From Eledone cirrhosa (taxonomy: Eukaryota), in assembly GCA_964016885.1 (NCBI GenBank), contig OZ024741.1, positions 313,534,001 through 313,598,000 of the forward strand: DNA of 64,000 nt, given 5' to 3'. Both the position numbers and the translations under genes were made by a program. Shown here in pieces: positions 27,139-41,484 of this stretch (position 1 is its first letter; each line of letters begins with the position of its first letter). The notes beneath the pieces are model-generated. The model had not been told where the DNA came from, did no database searches, and saw only the letters and a program-made list of their open reading frames with translations.

Positions 27139-27946
27139 TCTATTCGTATATATTTAATTATATATAAAAAAACTATATATATACCTTATATGCCGGTATG
27201 AAAGTTGATGCGCTGCATAAGTCGACCCATCAAATGTTGTGGTGTAATTCAGGTGGAGGCCTATATACGCCGGTTGAGACGGCACCCCAGGTATAAGGCT
27301 TTACCATCTCCTCAGCCGTAGATATGCTTGCCGTTGTTTATTTGCACAAAATATAAAATATGGAAATAAACACTAAATAGTTGTAAAATTAAAATGCATG
27401 TGAGGAAAGTACAATTTGTAAAATTTATATTTCATTTCACAAAAAGATTTAACTGAACTGTTTTATTAGTAAACAACATGCTACCACACCGTCACTTGAT
27501 ATGCGCTAATTTAAAAAAACCTAAATATTCCTTATCCAATGTGTATCAGCATTACATGGAGATATATTTTTATTTCGACGTGTTTGTTTCATGGAAAAAT
27601 CACAGCAGATTTTCCAATAGTTTCGATAATTCAGTGAATCAGTATACCATTAATCTTACAACTATGATATTCATGATAATATTATATCTATTTTGGAAGG
27701 ATTATACATGTTGTTTTTCTAATAATATTGTTTGTTTCTTTTATAATGTTATTAACATTGCATTTAACTGAACTAAAAATCCATCTATAATTTATAGAAG
27801 ATCGATATAACATTCAATATTTCTACAAGTTAATTGGTTTATCCCAAGCCCACTTTAATCTTGAAATTTGCTATCAAATCGTATCAATGATTTTTGTATG
27901 TAATTAATGATATTTTCAACTTCATCATATATATTGATATATTTAG

Positions 27947-28081
27947 AATGCCGAGAAGGAAAGTTTGGTGTTGCTTGTAATGGGACATGCCATTGTATCA
28001 ACAACATGAACTGTGACAAGCGAAATGGAAGATGTTCAGATGGATGTTCTGCAGGTTATACTGGTGACAATTGCCAACAAG
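27947..28081 (+). CDS. EGF-like exon, type D copy 2
   Basis: AG/GT flanked, 135 bp; ECREGKFGVACNGT...GDNCQQ. Confidence 0.85.
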
Positions 28082-28179
28082 GTATCTCATAACAATGTTA
28101 CGTACTTATTAGACACACAAACACACACATACATATACAAACACACACACAGAGACACACATATAAACATATTTATATA

Positions 28180-28218
<39 letters not shown>

Positions 28219-28220
<2 letters not shown>

Positions 28221-31200
28221 GGTAACAAGTTATCGTTATAGGTAATCCAGTTAGATGTTGTGAGTACTCTGAGTCGTGGATAGTTTTAACGTACGGCTTT
28301 GCTTAACTCAACAATATGTTTCCATAGTTAGGGAGCGAGTTCGCGGTACATCCTATGTAGGTTCTACTTGGAGTAATAATAGTGAAAGTATGAAGAGTAA
28401 CATCGTTGGCTGTGCAACAAGGAGTTTTATGTCAGGTATTGACTATTGTTTCATTGATCAGGTGAGTCTAGAGGTCGCTAATCGCTTGAAGTTGCTCAAT
28501 TCGATCTCCATTATATTATTTACTTTAAACCAACTCCTCAGAATACAAAAAACAATTCAGTCAAGGCAAAATATATAGAGAGAAATAGAGTATAATCAAA
28601 ACAATAACATCAATAATAAAATATATATGATAAATAGGTAGAGAGGTTACAGATGTAAATGTATAATGTAAAAGATAAGAAAAAGGGTACAGTAAAAAGT
28701 AAGGAAATGGAAAAAAATATAAATAAATAAGGATAAGTGAGATCATGTAAGTACAGTATATGATAGTGGTAGTAGAGAGTCTGATGTAGTGACAGATAAA
28801 AGAAAAAGCATAAATTAGAGATTAATGGGGAGATACTAGTATGAGATTTAAGGGTAAGGGTGGATGGTGAAGGGATCTTTGACAAATGTGTGTAGTAAAT
28901 ATTTTGCTGATTGTCCTGTCTTAATGGATGTGATGCTGTTTCAGGAGAGCGGGTGAAATAGATGTTAAGATATTTATGATCTAGTGACCAGTTGGTTGTT
29001 TGGCAGCTAAGAGCGGTGTGATTGTGTCTATTGCATACGTTGAAATTCTGGTGGTTCAGTTCTAAATTCGGTATTGTTGGCTCGAATCAGGTGGTTTAAA
29101 ACTTGTGAACTTGGTAGCTATTTTATGCCTACAGAAAATTGATCTTTCTATTTTGCTGTTAAGCAGCATCTTATCGTACCTTAAAATATGGAATAGCTCC
29201 ATATTACAAATTCTTCAGTGGGGCATTCCATTGTCGTTAGCCCTTGCTTCTGATATTTTGACCAGCTAATCCCATATTCCTGTTTTGTGTTTTTAAGCTG
29301 CAAGATTTTATTGGCTTGCGCCGTAGAATTATATAGTCTACGGTTCTTCATGGAGTGTCTGTGGACGTACCACCTTTTTTTTAACTCCCCAGCCCGTGGA
29401 ACCTATGTAGTGCCAAGTAGAGTTGCCTGAATTTACAGTACACAGGTACACCATACTCGAATCCACGCATCTATTTTGCAGTGTGCACTTATCCTGTAGG
29501 TGTCAATTACAGATGGAGGCTTTTCTTTGTGCCGCTTCTCCGTTGCGGTTTTGTATGTTCGTTGTGGGTGGGTTGATATTTAGGCCAATTAGTGTTTTGT
29601 TGTGATGCGCCCTAATGTATGTGTGGTTGGGATGTTATGTGTTTGCGTTTTGTATTTGGTGCTATGATGTATATTGGTAGGTTATTTTCTTTAGAGATGT
29701 TTTTGTGGTTGATTTTACGTATGTGTGATTCTATGTTGGCTGCAGTAGAGTAAGATTGTTTGATAGTTCTTCTATTAAAGAATCTATGGTATTTGAGTAG
29801 ATTAACAAAGTGTATGTCTATTAGCTTGAATAATGTAGAAGACAGTTTTGTTTTTATAGAGGACTTGGATATTGGATTGAACCATAGGTATTTTCTATCA
29901 TAGGTATCTTCTATGCTTAGTCCTATGCTTGTTATTTCATAAGGTGTGGATAGTGTAGTTTTCGTTAGGCTTGTTGCTGCTGTCCCTATCTGGTATGTTC
30001 TCCAACCCCTCTTTACGTCCTGCCTTATGTATAGCTATATTATAATACTTTGGGTGTTCGTTAAAAATCTCTAGGTTAGAAGGTAGGCTGCATATTCTGA
30101 AGGATATACTATGTGCTATGGTGTTAATTATGGATCGGGGGTGGTCGTTAATTATGGATCAGGGGTGGTTGTTATTTTATGGAAGGGCTCTATTAATCTG
30201 GTGATTAGGTTGAGTGTTACATCTAAGACGTTTGATTTTTTTAGAATTAAGTTCGAACGTAGTACCTAGGCCTAGTTTGTTAAAGAAGGCTCTGATGTTT
30301 TTTCGTAATTTTTCCATGTTTTGATTATTTAAGTTTTTGTCTAAAAGGAATGTGTCGTCTCTATAAATTCATCCCTCGTGGTTATTGAATTCCTTATGTA
30401 AGTTGTGCGCTATATATATTCACACGAATTCCGTTACCTGTGCCGAGTCGTTAGATCCCATTGTGATATTGAAGCTATTCTGTCTATTCTTACGTTTCCA
30501 GTAACTATTTTCGAATCTAATGATAGTTCTCCTAGTAGCATTATTATTTTAATTGCGTCCGAGGTAAGGTACGAATTTTCCTGGGCAAAGGTTAGCGCTT
30601 TATCTAGGGTGACTGGGGATATGGATGAGTAGTAGTCATCAATGTGGAACTGTACGAAGTTGGATGTTTCTCTACTGTCTATTTTGCTGAACCAGTCTAT
30701 TGCTTCGTTAGTGTTACCCCATACCTTAATTACTAGTTCGTCCTTGATTTGTGCGATTACACTATCTAGTATATACTTCGCAATTCTATCTATATACGAC
30801 TTCGATGGGCATATTAATCTAATTGCGGGCTCTATTTCGAAATTATATTTGTGATCCTTTAGGTTAAATGTGGGGTTACAAGGTGCTAGAGGCTTGGTTC
30901 TATCAGATGTTTTCAGTTTTTAGAATGCTAAGTCCTTCTTTAATAATGCTAGTGAGTGCAGATTCTGTTGTTTGTTTGTATTTTTTGTGCAGTTCACGAC
31001 GTACACAATTATTGTATGTATTAAGTCTCATGTCGTATATGCTTCAAGTTTTATCTCCTTTTACTATAATACCGTTGGCGTTGCATAGTTCTTTTAGAAG
31101 TGTATTGATGTCGTTTTACAATTTGTTGTGATGTGTCATTACTTTGAATTTGGTTCCACCTATCATGTTCATGAGGTCGAGTTCGAAGGCATCGAGCTGG

Positions 31201-32115
31201 GGGTTATTCGGAGGATTTTTCAGGATTTGAATCCGTATATTTTCCTAGTAATTTCCTCCGTGTTATTAGCGTGTCCTTTATCATAATGATAGGCCTTCCA
31301 TCGGATTCGACGAATGAAGTCATTAGTCCTTGTTAGTATGTATAGGTATGTTTTTCAATGACATATCTATGTGGTGATTTTCCATTTTAGTGCCGTGCGT
31401 TAAAGTTGTTGCTCAACCTAGTGGGAGCTGGGTATATGGGGTAACAAGTTATCGTTATAGGTAATCCAGTTAGAGGTTGTCAGTACTCTGCGTCATGGAT
31501 AGTTTTAACGTACTGCTTTGTTTAACTTAACAAGATGTTTCCATAGTTAGGCAACGAGTTCGCGGTAATTCCTATGTAGGTTCTACTTGGAGTAATAATA
31601 GTGAAAGTATGAAGAGTAACATGGTTGGTTGTACATCAAGGGACTTTGTACGTTTCGAATATGACTTTTTATGTTAGCAAAAAACCCACCACACAATCCT
31701 TATACGAACAACACTTACTCACCACCACCACTATCATACTCTGTACTTACATGGTCTCACTTATTCTTATTACTTTATATTTTTCCATTTTCTTACTTTT
31801 TTACTGTATCTTTTTTCTTATCTTTTACTTTTTATATTTTACATCTGTAACCTCTCTACCCATTATCATATATATTTTATTATTGTTGTTATTGTTTTGA
31901 TTATACGCTATTTCTCTCTATATATCTTGCCTTGAGAGAATTGTTTTTGTATTATGTGGAGTTGGTTAAAGGTAAATAATGTAATGGATCTCGAGTGCCG
32001 CAACTTCGAGCGATTATCGAGCTCTAGACTCACCTGATCAATAAAGCAATGTCAATGCCTGAAATAAGGCCCCGTGTTGTACAGCCAACCATGTTAACCT
32101 TCATCCTTTCACTAT
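28219..32115 (-). mobile_element. Penelope-like family 1, copy 2
   Basis: Same structure and insertion point after exon D. Confidence 0.85.
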
Positions 32116-32897
32116 ATACACCCTATATTCCGGTGTAAATTTTGATCCGCTGCATATACGTCCCATCAAATATTATGGTGTAAGTTAGGTTGAAGCCTAT
32201 AGACACCGGTTGATACGACACACCAGGTATAAGCCATTATCATCTGGCCAGCCGCAATTATGCTTGCCGTTAACAAAAGGATTTAACTGAAGTGTTTTAT
32301 TAGTAAACAATATGCTATCACACCCTAACTTGATAGGCAGAATTTTAAAAAAACTAAATACTCTTTATCCAGTGTGCATCATTGTTACGTGGCGATATGA
32401 TTTTACTTTCGACCTGTTTTGTATTGTGGCGAAATTACCGGAGATTTTCCGATAGTTTAGATAATTCAGTGAATCAGTATACCATTCATATTTTCACTAT
32501 GATATTCATGATAATATTATAGATATATATGTGTGTATATATTTATGTATGTATGTATTTATGTATCTATGTGTGTGTGTGTATGTGTGTATGTATGCAT
32601 ATATATATATATACAGTATATTATTGTAGAATATGGTAATATTTGGAAGGATTATATATGATATTTTTCTTATAGTATTGTTTGTTACTTTCATAATGTT
32701 ATTAATATTGCATTTAATTGAACTAAAAATCCAAGTATTTTTTTATAAAGGATCGATATAATATTCAATAAATTTACAACTTCATTTGTTTAGCATAAGA
32801 CCACTTTATTCTTGAACTTTGATATAAAATTGTATCATTGATATATGTATGCAATTAATGATATCTTCAACATTATCATATATATTGTTAATTTTAG

Positions 32898-33032
32898 AAT
32901 GCCGAGCAGGAAAGTTTGGTGTTGCTTGTAATGGGACCTGCCATTGTATCAACGACACGAACTGTAACAAGCGAAACGGCACATGTTTAGAAGGATGTTC
33001 TGCAGGTTATGCTGGTGTCAATTGCCAAGAAG
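32898..33032 (+). CDS. EGF-like exon, type E copy 2
   Basis: AG/GT flanked, 135 bp; ECRAGKFGVACNGTCHCINDTNCNKRNGTCLEGCSAGYAGVNCQE. Confidence 0.85.
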
Positions 33033-33108
33033 GTATTGTTACGTAATTATTATACACACGCACACACACATACACACACACCCCCACACACAAACACACA
33101 AATATACA

Positions 33109-33146
<38 letters not shown>

Positions 33147-33151
33147 AATAC

Positions 33152-33220
<69 letters not shown>

Positions 33221-33434
33221 AATACATTTATATATAGACCGTATATGACTTGTACGCGGGAATTTTTTAAAACCTAAATATTCCTTATCCAATGTGTATC
33301 AGCTTAGATGGCGATATATATTTACTGTCGTCCTGTTTTGTTTCGTGGGGAAATTACAGTAGTTTTTCGATAATTTAGAAAATTCAGTGAATCAGTATAC
33401 CATTAATATAATAATTATAATATTAATACTAATA

Positions 33435-34570
33435 GGAATCGCTTGTGAGGACAATGCAAGCTACGTACATGGGTGCTGTAAGTAAAGTGATAATAGAAAT
33501 GGAGTTTGTGAGGAATTCCATATAAAAGTAGGTGTACATCAAGATTCGCTCCTCAGCCCAATCTTGTTCATTATAGTCCTCCAAGCCATAACAGAGGAGT
33601 TTAAGACTGGTGCCCATGGAATCATCTCTATGCTGATGATCTGGTTCTTATAGCAGATTCAGTAGAGGAGCTAGATAATAAATTATGTCTATGGAAACAG
33701 CAGTTGGAATCAAGAAGCCTGAGACTGAACATAGCTAAACAAAAGCGTTGATAAGTAGAATAGAGGACAATGCTCTGATTCCATCGGGGAATTGGCCATG
33801 ATAGATATATAGGAATGGAACTGACATGAATTCCATGAAATCTACGCAATGCTGATCTTGGAGACACAAGATATGTAGTGGGATAGCCGGCAAACTAACA
33901 GGTAGGGAAAACTACGTATGCAATAGAGGTACAGGGAAAGTTGGCAGTAGTAATCGCTGCGATAGACTCATTTTTCAAATGCAGGTGGGTTCTATAGAAA
34001 AGGTTGTTAGCTTCCGGTACCTAGGTGATGATATAAGCATGGGAGGAGGGTTTTTCGCGTCCATAGTATCTAGAATAAGAACGGGTTGAAAGAAGTTTAT
34101 GGAGCTACTTCCTCTGTTGACAAAAAAGTCTTTCTCCCTGCGTAGAAAATGAAGGTTATATGATACGAGGATGCTGCATGGTAGTTAGAAATGGACACAA
34201 CTGCTGGAGATTTGCGACGGCTGGAGAAAAATGAAGCAGGTATGCACAGTTGGAGGGGCTATTTTAATGTGCGTCAACGACAAAGCATAGACTAGCTGAG
34301 TATAAGAGGGATAAGTTGTGGTGTGCAGGAGAGAAGGCTGAGATGATATGTACATATGATGTGCATGGAGGATGAGCGCTGGGTGAAGAAGTGCCAGGAA
34401 GTCCAAGTGGAGGGAAGACGCAGTGGAGGTAGACCACAAAAAACATGGCCGGAGCTGGTTAAACTCACCGAGGAGATGACAAAGGACCGTGACAAGTGGG
34501 GAGATGCTGTGCGGAATAGGACCCGTCCAACCATTGCAAGCAGGGAAAAGGGGGCGGAAAATGATAGTAA
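33435..34570 (+). mobile_element. 5'-truncated decayed RTE-like LINE
   Basis: Copy of 10475-11610. Confidence 0.8.
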
Positions 34571-34888
34571 ATAAAAATGAATGTGAAGAAAGTACAAATT
34601 GCCAAATATACTTTTCAGTTAACAAAATGCTTTAACTGAACAGTTTTAATAGTAAACAACATGCTAATACACCATCACTTGATACGCGGTAAATTTAAAA
34701 ACCTAAATATTCCTTATCCAATGTGTATCATTATTACGTGGCGATATCATTTTACTCTCCATCTGTTTTGTTTCGTGGGAAAATTACCGGAGATTTTCCG
34801 ATTGTTTAGATAATTCAATGAATCAGTATACCATTCATATTATAACTATGATATTCATTATAATATTATAGATATATATGTGTGTGTG

Positions 34889-34920
<32 letters not shown>

Positions 34921-35774
34921 TGTATGTATGTATGTATGTATGTATGTATGTATGTATGTATGTATGTATGTATGTATGTATGTATGTATGCATGTTCCGC
35001 TGGTTTTATAATTTCACAAAGTTTTATCAATAGAGAGAGAGTCGGTTTCTAACATAAACACAAGACTCTCTCATTGGAATTAACACAACACCAAATAGGA
35101 AGATATATATGTATGCATGCATGTGTAGATATGGATGTTATTGTATGTCTGCATGTGTATATGCTTTGTATCTGTATGTGCATATGTAGTTATTAGAGGC
35201 AACATTGTTGGAATGTTTTATATATTTTTACTGTTCCATTAATGGATTCTACTTGTAGTTTCCTAACTAGTTGTTTATGTATGTATGTATGCATGTATGT
35301 ATGTATCATATATGTATGTGTGTGTGTATGTGTAAATGTATGCATTTATATATATACAGTATATAATATATATATATTTCGTTTCTGAATTTGTTTAGCA
35401 AGATACTTTATCTGAAAACGTGTGTTGAATCCGATATTGTTATGCTTTCGGAGGGTCATGTTGCCAATAAGAAACACCAGTAAATTGAAGTGAAACTTCT
35501 GGTGCCTGTGTTTCTTATTGGCAACATGACCCTCCCAAAGCATAACAATATATATATATATGCGTGTGTGCTTGTGCGTATGTGTGTGTCTGGTTTTATT
35601 TACATGTAAGAATGACGCAAACACATATCGTAGTAACTGGTAGAATATGATAATATTTGGAACGCTTATATATCATTTTTTTCTTATAATACTGCTTGTT
35701 TCTTCAATAATGTTTTTAACATTGCATTTAACTGAACTAAAAATCCATGTATGTTTTATAGAGAATCGTTATAA

Positions 35775-36408
35775 TCTATATATATAAAACTGAGGATGTC
35801 TGTCTGTGTGTGTGTCTGTGAGATTGAATCAATAAAACTCGAGAAGTACCGAACCGATATTTTTACATGAGTTTTACTTATGTTTCAGGGAATGTTATGT
35901 ACATAAAAAACAACTTTGTTGTTCCCCTAGGACCCGCATTAGGTGAAAAAGTGCATTTTATTTCAGATTTTAGGGGTATTTTGAGGCGTTAAGTTAGACC
36001 AATTTTCTTGAAATTGTAACTATGTATAAGTCGGTCTCTTCTTCATACCGGGAGCAAAGAAAATCCAATTTTTGTATTGCCTGGGGTCCGCATTAGGTGA
36101 GAAATTCATTTTTTCATCCTTTTAGGGCTTTTTTTAGGCGTTACGTCTCGCCGAATTTCTCGAAACTTCAAGGCATATTATGCACATGAGAACAATTCAT
36201 TTTCTTGATCCCCTAGGGTCCACATTAGGTTAAAACCTGCATTTTTCCTGCTTCATCGAGGAAAATCTTAAAGATTATCCAGCCATCAGAGTATTCGGTT
36301 TATTTTCTTTACATATTGTCCAGGCATGCATTTTTTCCAGGATCAAGGCTTTTGGCGACACGCTTTCCAAAATAACTTATCCCGTGCAACGCCGGGTACC
36401 ACTGCTAT
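35775..36408 (+). mobile_element. Non-autonomous Helitron-like copy
   Basis: Copy of 12817. Confidence 0.75.
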
Positions 36409-36544
36409 TATTCAATAAATATGCAGGTTCATTTCTTTATCACAAGAGAACTTTAATCGTAAAATTTTGTATAAAATTGTATCATTGATATCTGTATGTA
36501 ATTAATGATATATGCAACATTATCACATATAGTGATATTTTTAG

Positions 36545-36676
36545 AATGCCGAGCAGGAACGTGTGGTGCTTGTAATGGGACATGCCATTGTATCAACAGT
36601 ATAAATTGTGACAAGTGAAATGGAACATGTTCAGATGAATGTTCTGCAGGTTATACTGTTATCAATTGCCAAGAAT
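36545..36676 (+). pseudogene. Dead EGF exon, type F copy 2
   Basis: Same 3-bp deletion, TGA stop and lost donor as 13585. Confidence 0.85.
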
Positions 36677-36761
36677 ATATCTCATAAAATTGTTACGTAC
36701 TTACTACACACACGCACAACCACATAACCCCACCCACCTCCCACACATATACATATATACA

Positions 36762-36819
<58 letters not shown>

Positions 36820-36830
36820 TATATAGTTAT

Positions 36831-39250
36831 ACTTGAGGCAGGTCATATTGTTGTGATAATTTTGCCAGAAATAATAACAGAACACACTCACTGTTTGGTT
36901 GGTTTTCGCTTTCGTATGTTTTATATCTCCATAGTTAATTTATTTGGCAATCAATGTTTATCATTGATTGACCAACGGTCAAAAATACAGATATAAATAT
37001 TTATATATAGTTTAAAAAAGTTCTTTCGTTGCACATCTGCAACATCATCAGTGGTACTAATATGTAACCCTCCTATTGTATTAAATGTCTACGCCATTTA
37101 TATTTTATCTGTTTATTTATTTATTTTTTTTATTTTTGACTTCGTCCATGCGCATGCGTTTGCGTGTGTGTATATTGTTTGGTGTGTGAGTTCGCGTTTG
37201 GGTGACTGTGTTTTGGTTATTGTATTCTATCTTAGTTTATTAGTGTGTCTTTATATGTGTTTCTTCTTATTGAGCTTGTGTATATATTCATTTATGTATT
37301 TATTTATTTATTTATATTTCTCTTATGTCAGTATTCTTTGTTTGGGTGTTGGTATTCCATTCATTTTTTGTTTAGCTTTGTCTTTTTAAACTGTGTTTCG
37401 CTTGCGTCTTTGATGTGCCTACTTGCTGGCTCATTTCTATATGTAGATAATATTTTAATTTCTATGTCTTACCGTCATGTTGTTGTCTGGAGTATTCGTA
37501 TTGTACTGAACGTTTATTTTGTTCTTTTAATTCCCCCCAAATTTGGTCTATATATTCTCCCATGCATCGAGCTCTCGCGCCTATGTATGGTGTTGTCATA
37601 TTTCTGCAAGTAGCCTCTGTACATCTTATGCTATAAACTACATTTCTAGTTTTACAGTTTATCTGGGGGTTTACTTTACATATAGCACATTTCTTATTAG
37701 TACAGTAGGTTTTCTTAAAAGGGTCTGTTTTGATCATCCGGGATTGAATGGCAGTTCCTGATTTTACTAACCCTTTCATCTTTAAGTAGGTCATTCTCAG
37801 GGCCTTTTTGCATCGGGTAGCTAATTTCCCTCCAGGGGTAGCGTCCACGAGCATGACACTTTGGTATCTCTGGTTGTGGTACCATGAGGTGGTTTTACCT
37901 ATTTTATGTTTAGTCCTATCTAAGATATTCCATGATTTGCTCCTGTATAATGGGCAAATTCCTTTCATCTCCAGTTCTATGAGGGTCTTATACATCTCAG
38001 TGGTTCCTTTGTATGCTCTGATTCTATCTCTTTTGTTGTAGCCAGAGAAATGCATGTGCTTTATGAAGTGTTGGATGTGTCTTTCCATTTCTGTTGGTTC
38101 GCACATGCGGGACACGTTCTTCATCACTCGTACCAAGTCAGCGATTAGAATATTAAACTTAGCACTACTGGACATCGCTGAGGTTTTGAATAACGGGTAT
38201 TTGGAGGCCATGGGTTTAGCGTAGTATGAGTGGGGATTTTGGGCCTTCACGTATATAGTGTTAATCCAGAGTTCCGTATCTAATACAGGTAGTCTATTAT
38301 TAGGGTGATTGGAAGGGTATTCAATAGTTACAGTTATACTCTGGTGTATGGTGTTAGCTATCTGCTGGATTCTTTATTCTAATATATATTCGTTAGTACT
38401 CTCTCGTGGCGGTGTACTTATTACTATATTAATATTGTCTACGTAACGAGAGTACATGGACCTCTCTTGAAGGAGGTTTTGAGTCTCATTTCCCAGCAAA
38501 CCATAAAAAGGTTGGCAACATCACCAGCTATGTTGATCTAAATGGTTGCTGCCTCATTTTGGGTGTAGATCTTTACGTTGAATAGGGTAGTTTTAATACT
38601 TGCCCCATTGCATGCGCGACAACTTTTCTTACCTGATCATTGTTTTTGGGTGTTGGTATGGCTTTAGTCCACCAAATTCACCCTCCCATGGAAGTCTTTT
38701 TTGCCATTGAGATTATGGTGGGTGGTCTACTTCTTATGGGTCTACTAGGGCAGAAACGGCTAAGAACACGGCTGTCTAGGTACTTGGTGTCATAGGTAAG
38801 TCTAAGTAGGAGACCCAGTTCATCTGTGTCTACGTCGCAGACCACAAACTCACTCTCACTGATTATCTCCACACAAGTTTCCACAGCAAAATCAATGTTA
38901 ATGGATGGTTATAGAGATACAACGTCCATACTGCGTATTATGCAGTTAGATAGGTTTTTGTTTTTATTGCACTCATTGATTCTGGGGATATCTTGATTAA
39001 GGAGCGTATAACCACTGAGAGGAACTAGGAGATCCTTTAGTTGCTAGCGATATTGGCTACGCATACAAGTCTTGTTGGTGGATCTGTCACCGGGTCGTCG
39101 AGTATCTTATGGTCTTTAAAGAGCACATATAGGGGTGGTATGTCATTGTTAGACGCGTGTATGTTCATAGCAGTGGGTCTGCTTGGCTTTAGGATGTCGG
39201 TCCTCATCATCATGTTAGCGTTGACGATCTCCTCTCACCCATCATGTGTT
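36831..39250 (-). mobile_element. Penelope-like family 2 copy
   Basis: ORF 37462-38250. Confidence 0.85.
37008..37059 (-). ncRNA. Hammerhead-ribozyme-like motif in the 3' region of Penelope family 2 (also 14075-14126, 23538-23589, 46539-46590, 59962-60013)
   Basis: Minus strand reads CUGAUGA-U-GUUGCA-GAUG-UGCAAC-GAAA: intact core with perfect 6-bp stem II in the 37 kb and 60 kb copies; stems I/III imperfect. Confidence 0.6.
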
Positions 39251-40195
39251 TGTTGTGTAATTTCGCCTGGAGATATATTTGTTTGTATGTGTGTCTGTGT
39301 GTGTGTGCGCGCACGTGTGTGTGTGTGCGTGTGTGTGTGCGTGTGTGTGTGCGTGTGTGTGTGTGTGTTTATTTCGAAGTAAAAATGTCGTAAATTCATA
39401 TCGTAGTAACTGATAAAATATGGTGTAAATTTGAAGGATTATATTTGTTTTTTCTTATGATATTGTTTGTTTCCTTCATTATGTTATATATATATATAAT
39501 ATATATATTATATGTATAGATATGTATTGATGTATGTATGTATATATGTGTGTGTGTATGTGTGTATGTATGCATTTATATATATATATTTAAATATACA
39601 TATATATATACAGTATATATTATATATATGTAAAAGTTATTCAGAAATAACAAGACAATCGCTACAGTATATGGAAGGGATATATTAGGTTAACGTTTGA
39701 TATAGCACGAATAGGGTCTCAGCATGTTGGACACTAGTCCTTAATTAGAAGAAAGAATGTGAAAAAAATAGATTGAGGGGAGGGTTGCGTTAGAATTGGA
39801 AAACATGTCCTGAGATAAAAATAACAGATTCATTTATGTTGACATCTCTTGCAGTGTGTGTGCGTGTATGTGTGTGCGTGTGTGTTTATTTAAATGTAAG
39901 AATGTCGCAATTACATATCGTAGTAACTGGTAGAATATGGTAAGATTTGGAAGGACTATATATGTTTTTTTTTTTCTTATAATATTGTTTGTTTCTTTCA
40001 TAATATTTTTTAACCTTGCTTTTGACTGAAATAAAAATCCATGTATATTTTTTAGAGGATCGATTTAATATTCAATAAATATCTAAGTTCATTTGTTTAT
40101 CACAAGAAATATATAATCTGAAACTTTCGTATGAAATTGTATCATTGATATCTGTATGTAATTAATGATATCATCATATATATTGATAGTTTTAG

Positions 40196-40330
40196 AATGC
40201 CCAGTGGGAACGTTTGGTGTTGATTGTAAAGGGACTTGCCATTGTATCAACAATAATAACTGTGACAAGCGAAATGGAACATGTTCAGATGGATGTTCTG
40301 AAGGTTATATTGGTGTCAATTGCCAAGAAG
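40196..40330 (+). CDS. EGF-like exon, type G copy 2
   Basis: AG/GT flanked, 135 bp; ECPVGTFGVDCKGTCHCINNNNCDKRNGTCSDGCSEGYIGVNCQE; not in the ORF track in this frame. Confidence 0.85.
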
Positions 40331-41484
40331 GTATATCATAAAATTGTTACATGCATACTATGCACACACACACACACACACGCACACACAGATATCTATT
40401 CATATATATTTATTTATACATAAAAATTATATATATACCGTATATGCCGGTGTAAAAGTTGATCCGCCGAGTATGTCGATTAGTGTATGATTAGTGTAAA
40501 CACACACACATACAGACACATATATATATATATATATATATACACATACACACACACATTTATATATATATGTATATATACATTTATATATATCCCGTAT
40601 ATGCCGGTTTAACAGTCCACCCATCAAAGTTGTGGTGTAATTCAGGTTGAGGCCTATATACGCCGGTTAGACGACACTCCCGGTATAAGGCATTACCATC
40701 TCCCCAGCCGTAGATATGCTTGCCGTTGTTTATTTGCACAAAATATAAAATATGGATATAAAAACTAAATAGTTGTAAAATTAAAATGCATCTGAGGAAA
40801 GTACAACTTGTAAAATTTATTTTTCATTTAACAAAAAGATTTAACTGAACTGTTTTATTAGTAAACAACATGCTGCCACACCTTCACTTCATATGCCGTT
40901 TAGCACAAGACCACTTTAATCTTGAAATTTAATATAAAATTGTATATATATATACATATATATATACACAAATACATTTATATATGTAGCGTATATGCCG
41001 GTGTAAAAGTTGATCCGCTGCATATCTCGAGCCATCAAATGTTGTGGTATAAATCAGGTTTAGGCCTATATACGCCAGTTTAGACGATACCCCTGGTATA
41101 AGGGATTACCTTCTCCACAGACGTAGATATGTTTGCCGTTGTTTATTTGCATGAAATATAAAACATTAAAATAAAGACTAAATAGTTGTAAGATAAAAAT
41201 GCATAACAGGAAAGTACAGATTGCAAAATGTATGTTTCAGTTAACAAAATGGTTTAACTGAAATGTTTTATTAGAAAACAATATCCTACCACACGTGACT
41301 TGATACGCGGGAATTTAAAAAACCTCAATATTCCTTATCCAATTTATATCATCTTAGATGTCGATAAATATCTACTGTCGTCCTGTTTTGTTTCGTGGTG
41401 AAATTACTGTAGTTTTCCGATAATTTAGATAATTCAGTGGATCAGGATACCATTAATATAATAACTATAATATTAATACTATTA

